A DNA stretch of 64,000 nt, from the NCBI GenBank assembly GCA_048486575.1, contig DBFVZT010000090.1, positions 35,564-99,563 on the forward strand, in the 5' to 3' direction. The notes under the pieces were generated by a model, which saw nothing but the letters and a program-made list of their open reading frames with translations, searched no databases and was not told the DNA's origin. Positions 8,115 to 17,022 of the stretch are shown one piece after another (position 1 is the first letter of the stretch; the number at the start of each line of letters is the position of its first letter). Made by a program: the position numbers and the translations under genes. The DNA is from Collinsella sp. (GTDB taxonomy: Bacteria; Actinomycetota; Coriobacteriia; Coriobacteriales; Coriobacteriaceae).

Positions 8115-9578
8115 ATGTCAGATACGAAGGCGAAGAAGACAAACAGACGTTTTAAGTTCAAATTGCCACATGTCTATACGATCATGTTCTTGCTGATCGT
8201 TGTCTTTGCGGTCCTGACTTGGATCGTTCCCTCTGGTCAGTATCAGCGCAAGACGATTTCGACAGCGGCGGGCGAGCGTGAAGTCGCCGTTGCTGGAACC
8301 TATGAACAGGTCGATAAGAACTACACCGATTCCGAGACCGGCGAGACCATCAATCTGGGCCAGGATATCTTCGCGGTTCTGCAAGCGCCCACCAAGGGTA
8401 TCCAAGAGGCTGCCGACGTCGTTGCGTTCGTCTTATTGATTGGCGGATCGTTCGCGATCATCACCAAGACCAACGCTTTGAATGCCGGCATGAGCCGTGT
8501 GATTAAAAAGCTCAAGAACAAGGACATCCTCATCATTCCCATCACGATGACATTGCTGTCCATTTGCGGCACTACGTTTGGTATGTCTGAGGAAGCCCTG
8601 CCGTTCTATGCCATCTTCATTCCCATCATGATGGGTATCGGTTATGACTCGATGACGGCATTCATCATCTGCTTCCTTGGTCCTAACCTGGGATATTGTG
8701 CTTCGACCATCGACCCGTTTAATGTTTTGATCGCCCAAGGCATCATTGGCATCGAGGGTAATCCGCAACTGTGGCTGCGCGCCGTTTCTTGGGTCATCTT
8801 CACTGCCGTCGGTATCGCATGGGCCATGCGCTACGCCATGCGCGTCAAGAAAAACCCCGAGTCGTCCATTGTGTACGAGGACGATAAGCTCAAGCGTATT
8901 GAGTTTTCCGTGACCGATGCCTCCATCGAGGAAGAGTTCACTATCCGTCAGAAGCTCGTGCTTATCGATTTTGCTTGCGGTATGGGCATTATCGTCTGGG
9001 GTCTTGTTACCCAGGGCTGGTACATGAATCAGATTTCCGCCGTGTTCCTTGGCATGGGCTTGCTTGCCGGTATCCTGGGCGGCCTTGACCAGCAGACGAT
9101 CGCAGAGGAGTTCGTTAAGGGTCTCGCCGACTTTGCGTACGCTGCCGTCGTTATCGGTATCGCTCGCGGTATTCTGGTCATCGCCGAGGGCGGCATGATC
9201 ATCGACACCATCCTCCAGGCGCTTGCTACCGCGCTCGCCGGTGCACCTGCCGCCGTCTACACCACGTTTATGTATGTCGTCCTTGGCCTGCTCTCTTTGC
9301 TGGTTCCCTCGAGTTCTGGCCTGGCGGCGCTCACCATGCCCGTTATGGGCCCCCTGACCGAGCTCATGGGCCTCAATCCCGAGGCGGCCGTCACCGCGCT
9401 CCAGTTTGCCAACCAGACCATCAACACCATCAGCCCCGTGGCGGGTATGACGGTCGCCGGCCTTGCCGTGGCTAAGATTTCGTTTGGCCAATGGTGGAAG
9501 ACCATTTGGAAGTTCTTCATCTTCATGGTCGTGTTTGGCTTGGTCATTACTGCCATTTCCGGCATGCTTCCGGCGTAG
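8115..9578 (+). CDS. YfcC/DcuC-like membrane transporter
   Basis: LPHVYTIMF..LTWIVPSGQY, GTTFGMSEE, VPSSSGLA; many TM segments; GGAGG RBS. Confidence 0.88.
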   Translation: MSDTKAKKTNRRFKFKLPHVYTIMFLLIVVFAVLTWIVPSGQYQRKTISTAAGEREVAVAGTYEQVDKNYTDSETGETINLGQDIFAVLQAPTKGIQEAADVVAFVLLIGGSFAIITKTNALNAGMSRVIKKLKNKDILIIPITMTLLSICGTTFGMSEEALPFYAIFIPIMMGIGYDSMTAFIICFLGPNLGYCASTIDPFNVLIAQGIIGIEGNPQLWLRAVSWVIFTAVGIAWAMRYAMRVKKNPESSIVYEDDKLKRIEFSVTDASIEEEFTIRQKLVLIDFACGMGIIVWGLVTQGWYMNQISAVFLGMGLLAGILGGLDQQTIAEEFVKGLADFAYAAVVIGIARGILVIAEGGMIIDTILQALATALAGAPAAVYTTFMYVVLGLLSLLVPSSSGLAALTMPVMGPLTELMGLNPEAAVTALQFANQTINTISPVAGMTVAGLAVAKISFGQWWKTIWKFFIFMVVFGLVITAISGMLPA

Positions 9579-11171
9579 GTGGTTGTGATGTCTGATCGTT
9601 TGACGGTCCTGACGTCTAAGAGCGTCTTTACCGGTACGGGGGACCTGCCGTTTGAAGGCTTCGTAGCGGTCCGTGGCAATCGAATTGAGGCTGTTGGCAC
9701 CAAGTGTGAGCTAGCTTCGTATTTGACCCAGGCGGACGAGGTAGTTGACCTGGGCGACCGCACCGTCATGCCTGGCCTGATCGATGTGCATACCTTCTAT
9801 ACAGGCTGGGCGCTGCGGACGTTGGGGCCTGATCTGTCCGGCATCGCTGATGCCAAAGAGGCCGTGTCGCTCTTGCGTGCATGGAAAGAAGATCGTCCGG
9901 ATTGCGCGGCGGCTTTTGGCCACAACCTACCCGAAACGTTGGCATCGGATGCCGAGAACGCAAATACAGCAGCTGTGTTTGACGAGTGTTTTGGCGATAT
10001 CCCCGTCGTCTGCTTTACACCGGGCGCGGATACCTGTGTTCTCAATGCTGCCGCCAGTGCGCGATACGGCTTCACACCCCAGGCGTGCTATGCCGAGAAG
10101 ATCTGGCGCATGATGAGCGATTTCCTCGCGCTGCCCGAGGTGCGTGCAGGGTATTCGGACTACATGAGCATGCTTAACGAACGCGGCGTTACCGCCATCA
10201 AGGAGATGGCGTTTGATGACTACTACGGCTTTGCCGACGAAATGGCTCGCCGTGAGGAATCTGGTGAGCTGACGGTTCGCGTCTCTATGATGTCGCAGCC
10301 GGTGGGTGCCGGTGCAAATCTGGCATATGCCCGCGAGGCACGAGAGCGCTTCCGGGGACCGTTCGTTCGTTTTTCTGGCTTCAACCGTATGACCGATCGC
10401 GGCGTATGGGCGGGGCTTGCCGAGATGATTGACCCCTATGCGGACTCGGCCGATGCGGGCGCTGCCGGCAAGACGGTCGTCGAGGAGCCAGAGTGGGATC
10501 TGATTGAGAACGAGCTGCGTGCAATTGATGCTGACGGCTTCCGATATTCCTTGCATTGCCAGGGCGATGGCGCCGTTCGTCGCACCGTGGCGCTCTATGC
10601 CTCGCTGCCTCGAGACGAGCATGGACGGATGCTTCGCCGCCATGCGATTACCGATCTCGAGAACTCTGACCCGACCGATCTTGTCGAGTTTGGCAAGTTA
10701 GGTGGAATTTGCGAGGTCTATCCGCAGATTCTGACGCTGGACCGGCGCGAGGATTGCCTGTCGATGATGCGTCGACAAATTGGCGAGACGCGACTTTTGC
10801 ACAGCTGGAATCGCCGCGGCATGGAAGATTCCGGATGCACAGTGTGCTGCGGCACGGATCTGCCGCTGCTGATTCCGAGCCTGGGCGAGTCAATCTACAG
10901 CGCGTGCGGCGGATTCTTCGCCGACGGACTGCCCGTGAATGAGGTCAACACGCTGACGCTTGTCGAGCTCTTGCGCGCTTGGACTGCCGGGGGCGCGTAC
11001 GACCTGATGCGCGAAGACGAGCTGGGTACGCTTGAGGTTGGCAAGCTTGCCGATATCTGCGTGCTCGATCGGGATGTGTTCGACCTCGATTATCGCGACG
11101 CACGTGATCTTGCGGTTGACATGACGATGTCGGACGGACAAATCGTGTTCGATCGAAATAAGGAGGCATAA
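9579..11171 (+). CDS. Amidohydrolase-3 (YtcJ-like) family protein
   Basis: DLGDRTVMPGLIDVH, LHCQGD, GTD, GTLEVGKLADICVLDRD; start may be ATG 9588. Confidence 0.85.
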   Translation: MVVMSDRLTVLTSKSVFTGTGDLPFEGFVAVRGNRIEAVGTKCELASYLTQADEVVDLGDRTVMPGLIDVHTFYTGWALRTLGPDLSGIADAKEAVSLLRAWKEDRPDCAAAFGHNLPETLASDAENANTAAVFDECFGDIPVVCFTPGADTCVLNAAASARYGFTPQACYAEKIWRMMSDFLALPEVRAGYSDYMSMLNERGVTAIKEMAFDDYYGFADEMARREESGELTVRVSMMSQPVGAGANLAYAREARERFRGPFVRFSGFNRMTDRGVWAGLAEMIDPYADSADAGAAGKTVVEEPEWDLIENELRAIDADGFRYSLHCQGDGAVRRTVALYASLPRDEHGRMLRRHAITDLENSDPTDLVEFGKLGGICEVYPQILTLDRREDCLSMMRRQIGETRLLHSWNRRGMEDSGCTVCCGTDLPLLIPSLGESIYSACGGFFADGLPVNEVNTLTLVELLRAWTAGGAYDLMREDELGTLEVGKLADICVLDRDVFDLDYRDARDLAVDMTMSDGQIVFDRNKEA

Positions 11172-11172
11172 G

Positions 11173-12024
11173 ATGCCTGAATCCAAACCGACGCTGCGCC
11201 GCGAGCAGATTGCGGGCATGAATATCCACTACATCATGTGGTCGCTCGATTACTTCCTTGATGTGCAGCAGCGCTTGGGCTTTGAGTCCATTGAGCTGTG
11301 GTGTGCGGAGCCGCATGTGACGCTCGACCACACGGGCTACTTTGAGGCTGAGGTCCTGGCGAAAAAGGCTGCAGACCGTGGGCTTAGGTATCGTACTCTG
11401 TGCCCCGAGAATGTTGTCTATCCTTGGCAGTACTGCGCACGCAAACCGCTGCATGAACAGCGCAGCCTGGCGTACTTTAAGCACGGCATTGAGCTTGCCG
11501 AGGTACTTGGGTGCGACCGCATGTCCATCAACTCGGGCTGGGGCGACTGGGACGAGGACCGCGAGGAAGCCTGGAAGCGCAGCCGCGAGCACTTGTCCAT
11601 TCTGGCGGAGTATGCCGGCGAGCACGGTCTGGTGCTTACGATGGAAAGCCTGCGTCCCGAGGAGAGCAACCTTGTGACGACGGTTTCCGATGCGAAGCGC
11701 ATGATTGACGAGGTCGCGAGCCCGTACTTACAGCCCATGGTTGATACAACCGCGATGGGCGTTGCAGGCGAGACGCTCGAGGACTGGTTTGCCGCCTTTG
11801 GTGATGGGGCAATTCACGAGATGCACTTTATCGACGGTGACCCGTATGGCCATCTGGTGTGGGGCGATGGCAAGCACGATATGGACGCCTTCGTCGCCAC
11901 ACTCAACGCCCATGGTTTCGACGGCATGCTGGGCCAGGAAATCACGGACGGTCGTTACTACGATGATCCGGCGGCGGCAGATGCCAAGAACATGGCCGCA
12001 TTCGAGAAATATCTGATTGACTAA
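11173..12024 (+). CDS. frlC: Fructoselysine 3-epimerase-like TIM-barrel isomerase
   Basis: GFESIELW, MESLRPEESNLV, MVDTTA, HFID; adjacent to frlB/frlD. Confidence 0.75.
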   Translation: MPESKPTLRREQIAGMNIHYIMWSLDYFLDVQQRLGFESIELWCAEPHVTLDHTGYFEAEVLAKKAADRGLRYRTLCPENVVYPWQYCARKPLHEQRSLAYFKHGIELAEVLGCDRMSINSGWGDWDEDREEAWKRSREHLSILAEYAGEHGLVLTMESLRPEESNLVTTVSDAKRMIDEVASPYLQPMVDTTAMGVAGETLEDWFAAFGDGAIHEMHFIDGDPYGHLVWGDGKHDMDAFVATLNAHGFDGMLGQEITDGRYYDDPAAADAKNMAAFEKYLID

Positions 12025-12085
12025 AACAACTATCGGCCACGCAGCCAACGTCATTGATTGCGGCCAAACAAGAAAGGAACTGGAT

Positions 12086-13054
12086 ATGAACGCACACGAT
12101 CTGATCAAAGAGGCAATTGCCGAGAAGGGCAAGTTCGACAGCGTCTACTGGATTGCTTGCGGTGGCTCCATGATCGATTTGATCCCGGCCCATGAGCTTC
12201 TGCAGCGCGAGGCAACCACCTTCACTTCGTATATCTATACGGCTCGCGAGTTCGATATCATGCGTCCGCGTCGTCTGGGCGAGAAGTCCCTGGTCATCGC
12301 TTGTAGCCACAGTGGCAACACCCCTGAGGTCGTCGAGGGCTGCGAGATTGCCCTTGCTGCCGGCGCTACGGTGATCGCCCAGACCGACAACGCTGGATCT
12401 AAGATCGACACCGGTAAATGGACCACGTGGGTCTACCCGTGGGGCGAGGGCGTGCCGCAGGCCGAGGTCCCCGCTGGCATTTCGCTGTCGCTTGCGGCAG
12501 AGCTGCTCGATCAGCAGGAGGGTTACGCCGATCTTGCCGATATGTATGCCGGTATCGCCGAGATGGATAAGATTCTTCCCTCGGCACGCGAGAAGGTAAA
12601 TGCCGAGCTGGGCGATCGCTTTGCCAAGCTTTGCCAGGAGCACGAGTTCTTCTATATTCTGGGCAGCGGTCCCAACTTTAGCCAGACCTACGGTTTCGCT
12701 ATCTGCTCTCTTATGGAGATGCAGTGGCAGCACTGCAGCTACATCCACTCTGCCGAGTACTTCCATGGCCCCTTCGAGGCTACTCAGGATGGCGTTTTTT
12801 ACTTCCTGCAGATGGGCTCCAGCGAGTGCCGTGCTATGGACGAGCGCGCCCTGGCGTTCCTTAAGACGCATACCGATACGCTGATGGTGCTCGATGCCAA
12901 GGAGTACGGTATGGAAGCCGTGCCGGCGAGCGTCCGTGCCTATCTGGACCCGGTGCTGTTCTACGCCATGAACTGCGAGCTGCGTGCCGCACGCGGCAAG
13001 GTGTTTGATCACGATCCCGATTTCCGTCGCTATATGGGTGTTGTCGAGTACTAG
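12086..13054 (+). CDS. frlB: Fructosamine-6-phosphate deglycase (SIS domains)
   Basis: ACGGS, SHSGNTPE, CSLMEMQW, EYFHGPFE, C-terminal RRYMGVVEY. Confidence 0.9.
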   Translation: MNAHDLIKEAIAEKGKFDSVYWIACGGSMIDLIPAHELLQREATTFTSYIYTAREFDIMRPRRLGEKSLVIACSHSGNTPEVVEGCEIALAAGATVIAQTDNAGSKIDTGKWTTWVYPWGEGVPQAEVPAGISLSLAAELLDQQEGYADLADMYAGIAEMDKILPSAREKVNAELGDRFAKLCQEHEFFYILGSGPNFSQTYGFAICSLMEMQWQHCSYIHSAEYFHGPFEATQDGVFYFLQMGSSECRAMDERALAFLKTHTDTLMVLDAKEYGMEAVPASVRAYLDPVLFYAMNCELRAARGKVFDHDPDFRRYMGVVEY

Positions 13055-13068
13055 AAGGAGCAAAGGCC

Positions 13069-13932
13069 ATGGCATTTAACGTTAACGCGCTCGGATTTGG
13101 CGACAACGTCGTCGATCGCTACGAGCATATCCACACCATGTATCCCGGCGGCAATGCGGTGAACTTCGCCGTTTATGCCAAGAAATGCGGTGCCGCACGC
13201 TCCGCATACATGGGCATTTTTGGCAATGATGCCGCTGCCGAGCATGTCATTGCAAGCCTCGAGGATGAGGGTATCGAGCTTGACAAGTGCGAGCAGATGA
13301 TTGGCGAGAACGGAGCGGCTCGCGTGACCGTCGTCGACGGTGACCGTGTCTTCCTCGGCTCCAACGAGGGCGGTATCCGTGGCGATGCGCGCTATGTCCT
13401 CGATCGCTTTGACCTTGCGTACATGAAGCAGTTCGATGTGGTTCATTCGGGCAACTATTGCTTTACCGAGCGCGAGCTGCCCAAGTTGAAGGCTGCGGGC
13501 GTCACGGTCTCTTTTGACTTTTCGGACGACTCTACCGACGAGTACTACGAGCAGATTGCGCCCTACGTCGATTTCGCTTTCTTTAGTGCGGCGGATGCCG
13601 CGAGTGAGGACGAGATTCGCGAGCGTCTGGCATGGGTGAAGGGCCTGGGTCCGCGTTTTGTGTCGGCTACGGCGGGCGCCGAGGGCTGCATTGCTTACGA
13701 CGGCGAGCGTTATTACCGCCAGCTGGCTAAACCGGTAACGGACATGAAGGACACCATGGGGGCGGGCGACTCGTTCCTCACCTCGTTTTTGATGTGCTAT
13801 CTCGATTCCGCCAAGCGTGGTGAGGACGGCGCCGAGGCCATCGAGCGCGCGCTCGACTTTGCTGCCGGGTTTGCCTCGACCGTGTGCGGTATGGAAGGTT
13901 CTTGGGGCCACGGGGCGCCAATCGTCGAATAG
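13069..13932 (+). CDS. frlD: Fructoselysine 6-kinase (PfkB family)
   Basis: GDNVVDRY, YPGGNAVNFAVY, FDFSD, DTMGAGDSF. Confidence 0.88.
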   Translation: MAFNVNALGFGDNVVDRYEHIHTMYPGGNAVNFAVYAKKCGAARSAYMGIFGNDAAAEHVIASLEDEGIELDKCEQMIGENGAARVTVVDGDRVFLGSNEGGIRGDARYVLDRFDLAYMKQFDVVHSGNYCFTERELPKLKAAGVTVSFDFSDDSTDEYYEQIAPYVDFAFFSAADAASEDEIRERLAWVKGLGPRFVSATAGAEGCIAYDGERYYRQLAKPVTDMKDTMGAGDSFLTSFLMCYLDSAKRGEDGAEAIERALDFAAGFASTVCGMEGSWGHGAPIVE

Positions 13933-14002
13933 CTTAAGAAAGCGTACGGCGGTCTGGCTATGAGGCCTTGGACAGCCGATGCAAAACAATAAGCGAAACG
14001 CG

Positions 14003-14036
14003 AAAAGGGGGCTCGCCATGTGGTGGGTCCCCTTTT
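14003..14036 (+). terminator. Terminator-like hairpin between the two kinases
   Basis: AAAAGGGGGCTCGCCA-tg-TGGTGGGTCCCCTTTT. Confidence 0.65.
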
Positions 14037-14053
14037 GAGCATTGGAGAAGACC

Positions 14054-14854
14054 ATGGGTATTAAAGCGTGTGCGGCTGGTTTTTGCTGCGCGGACGTCTA
14101 TCAAAACATCGGCGTGTTCTATCCGACTGGTAACGGCATTGACTGGGGTATCCATCTTGCACGAATGGGCGTTTCGGTATCCGCCGTGTCGGTTGTCGGC
14201 AAGGACGAGTACGGAGACAAAATGAGAGAGGCGCTGGCCGCTGAGGGGTTTGATATCTCTCATCTGCGGGTGGAGGATGGCGACACTTCGGTGATGCTCA
14301 TGGCATTGAAAGACGGCGTCGATCGCGTGCATCTCGAGGCAATCGATGGCGTAATGGAGACATATCGACCGAATGAAGACGACCGGGCGTTTATCCTGGA
14401 GCATGACATCATCCATACCGACCTGTTTGGCAATTGTTTGGACCTCCTGCCCGAATGGCATGATGCGGGCAAGACGGTGGTTATGGACTTCTCGGTGTTC
14501 AGCCAGGATCCCGAATATGCATGTGAGGCTCATTTTCCTTACGTAGACTATGCGTTCATGTCGTTTGAAGAGGACACTCCGGAGCTACGAGACTGGGTAC
14601 GCCACGTGCAGGGATTGGGACCGCGCGTTGCGGTTGCCACGCTTGGCGAGAAGGGAAGCGTTGCCTATGACGGTGAGCGCTTCTATGAGTGCGGGATCGT
14701 ACCGGCGGAGAAGGTCGTTAACACCGTGGGTGCCGGCGACTCGTATATTGCCGGGTTTACCAAGGGCGTGATCGATGGCCTTGATATTCCGGCGTGCATG
14801 AAGGCGGGCGCTGAGCTGTCGTCCCGAGTGATTGGTTCGTTTGAGCCGTACTAG
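14054..14854 (+). CDS. Second FrlD-like PfkB kinase
   Basis: YPTGNG, DRVH, MDFS, NTVGAGDSY. Confidence 0.85.
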   Translation: MGIKACAAGFCCADVYQNIGVFYPTGNGIDWGIHLARMGVSVSAVSVVGKDEYGDKMREALAAEGFDISHLRVEDGDTSVMLMALKDGVDRVHLEAIDGVMETYRPNEDDRAFILEHDIIHTDLFGNCLDLLPEWHDAGKTVVMDFSVFSQDPEYACEAHFPYVDYAFMSFEEDTPELRDWVRHVQGLGPRVAVATLGEKGSVAYDGERFYECGIVPAEKVVNTVGAGDSYIAGFTKGVIDGLDIPACMKAGAELSSRVIGSFEPY

Positions 14855-14860
14855 GGTCAA

Positions 14861-15742
14861 ATGCCTGGAAAGGAGTACGAAATGGTTATCGACATGTTGG
14901 TTCAGCCCATGCTCTACGGCGAGATCTATACGCCGGGTGATGAGCCTGATGGATTCGGTTTTTGGTCACGAGAATTTGGTATGGGGCATATGGGTCCCAT
15001 GGATTGGGACGAGCTTCAAGTCGAGATGGACGTCTGCGATGTGCAGAAGAGCTTGCTCATGCCGCTCGATGTAACCACGGCATGCGGAGGGCACTTTGGC
15101 ACCAACGACCAGATTGCCATGCTGGTTGCCGCGCATCCCGATCGTCTGTGGGGATTTGCGAGCGTAGACCCGCAGGTGAGCGGTGCCGCAGACGAATTGG
15201 AGCGCGCCTTTACCGAGTTGGGGGCAAAGGGGCTTTGCCTGCATCCTGCAAAGCAGGGTTTTGCCCCCGATGATGCTGTGGCCGAGCCGCTTTACGAGCT
15301 GTGCGAGCGCTATAACAAGCCGGTGGTTTTCCATGCCGGTATGTCTTGGGAGCCTGGCGCAGAGCTCTCGCGCAGTAACCCGCTTGCATTTGAGCACACA
15401 ATCGCAACGCATCCAAATGTGCGCTTTAGTTTGACTCACTTTGGCTGGCCCTGGGTACGCGAGACCGTGGCGATGCTGCTCAAGTATCCCAACTGCTACA
15501 CGGACACCTCTATCACTTACATCGATTCGCCCGAGGAGATGATGCAGCGTCTTTTCACGGTCGATATGGGGCCGCTGTGGTATGAGCGCGCGCTATCGCA
15601 CCAAGTGATGTTCGCCAGCAATACGCCGCGCTTCCGTGCATTCAAACTCAAGCGGGCGCTCGATACCGTGCCCATGCGCGATGATGCGCGAGAAAGGCTC
15701 TACTGGGGTAATGCCCTGCGTTTTCTTGAAGGGGATGAGTAA
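14861..15742 (+). CDS. Amidohydrolase-2 family protein
   Basis: HPDRLWGFASVDP, LHP, PVVFHAG, THFGWPW, YTDTS, GNALR. Confidence 0.82.
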   Translation: MPGKEYEMVIDMLVQPMLYGEIYTPGDEPDGFGFWSREFGMGHMGPMDWDELQVEMDVCDVQKSLLMPLDVTTACGGHFGTNDQIAMLVAAHPDRLWGFASVDPQVSGAADELERAFTELGAKGLCLHPAKQGFAPDDAVAEPLYELCERYNKPVVFHAGMSWEPGAELSRSNPLAFEHTIATHPNVRFSLTHFGWPWVRETVAMLLKYPNCYTDTSITYIDSPEEMMQRLFTVDMGPLWYERALSHQVMFASNTPRFRAFKLKRALDTVPMRDDARERLYWGNALRFLEGDE

Positions 15743-15744
15743 AC

Positions 15745-16173
15745 ATGGTGACGCTCGAGACATTGAGCTATCTATCGACTGCTCCGGACCAGTTCATCGA
15801 TATTACCGAAGACGTGCACGCTGCCATCGAACGCAGCTCGGTGACCAATGGCTTGGCAGCGATTATTTTGTCGCATACGACCTGTGGAATCGTGGTAAAC
15901 GAGGGACTGCCCTGCGTGGAGACGGATCTTATGGAGACGCTTGATCGCATCGCCCCGCTCGATGCCCCCTATGCGCATGCACACTTCCTGCCGAGCTATG
16001 GAGCCACCGGCAACAACTCCTGTGGGCATATCAAGAGCATGATTTGTGGAAACAGTTGCTTCTTTCCCGTCCAAGATGGCCACATCGTGTGTGGAGGTGC
16101 CCAGAACATCTATCTTGCGGAGTTTGACGGTCCGCAGAAGCGAAAAGTGTACGTCGAAGTGCTGGGGGAGTAA
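15745..16173 (+). CDS. YjbQ/UPF0047 family protein
   Basis: FIDITEDV, HTT, NE, HIKS, EFDGP. Confidence 0.88.
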   Translation: MVTLETLSYLSTAPDQFIDITEDVHAAIERSSVTNGLAAIILSHTTCGIVVNEGLPCVETDLMETLDRIAPLDAPYAHAHFLPSYGATGNNSCGHIKSMICGNSCFFPVQDGHIVCGGAQNIYLAEFDGPQKRKVYVEVLGE

Positions 16174-16191
16174 CGTCCCCGCGATAACCCT

Positions 16192-17016
16192 ATGAAGGAG
16201 CACGTTATGTCGTTTCTAACCTCGATGTTCAAGACCGAAAAGCCGGTTATCGGAATGCTGCACCTGCGTCCTCTGCCGGGCGATCCACTGTATTACCCGG
16301 GCGGAAGCGTGTCGCAGGTCGTGGAAGCTGCCAAGCGCGATCTCGAGGCGTTGCAGCAGGGCGGTGTCGATGGCATTTTGATTACCAATGAGCTCTCGAT
16401 GCCCTATGAGCAGCACGTTTCTCCCTCAACCCTTGCATCGATGGGCTATGTAATCGGGGCTCTATCCCATGATCTGTCGACCCCTTGGGGAGCTGAGGCT
16501 ATTTACGATGGTGATGCCACAATCGAGCTGTGCGCTGCCGTCGATGCACAGTTCACGCGCTGCAATTTTTGCGGTGCCTGGGCCGGTGATCTCGGGCTGA
16601 TTAACCGAGATTTCGCGCACACCATGCGTCGCAAGGCGGCGCTGCGCTTGGACGACCTCAAGCTTTTTCACTTCATCACGAGCGAGGGGGAGGTTTATCT
16701 CAACGACCGCACGACTGCGGACATTGCCGATTCGCTTCTCTTTAATTGCCTACCGGATGCGATGGTCATCGGCGGTTCGGCTGCCGGTCGTGGCGCTTCG
16801 GGCGAACTTGCCGATGAGGTTCGCGAGCGTGTTGGCGAAGTGCCTATGGTATGCGGCACCGGTTGTCGCGAAAATATCGTGGCTGACGTATTTGCTCACT
16901 ACGATGGCGCGTTTGTCGGCACGTGCTTAAAGCGCGACGGAAAGCTGGATGCCCCGGTTGATGTTGAGCGGGTAGTTCGTTTTATGGCTGCCGCTCGTGC
17001 GGCGCGAGGGGAGTAA
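16192..17016 (+). CDS. BtpA/SgcQ family TIM-barrel protein
   Basis: KPVIGMLHLRPLPGDP, QGGVDGILITNE.SMPY, GTG, VGT.LKRDG. Confidence 0.88.
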   Translation: MKEHVMSFLTSMFKTEKPVIGMLHLRPLPGDPLYYPGGSVSQVVEAAKRDLEALQQGGVDGILITNELSMPYEQHVSPSTLASMGYVIGALSHDLSTPWGAEAIYDGDATIELCAAVDAQFTRCNFCGAWAGDLGLINRDFAHTMRRKAALRLDDLKLFHFITSEGEVYLNDRTTADIADSLLFNCLPDAMVIGGSAAGRGASGELADEVRERVGEVPMVCGTGCRENIVADVFAHYDGAFVGTCLKRDGKLDAPVDVERVVRFMAAARAARGE

Positions 17017-17022
17017 GCACCT

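Noticed and set aside
12047..12062. Second GntR operator upstream of frlB (ACGTCATTGATT)
   Set aside because: The right half does not fit GT-N2-TA-N2-AC.
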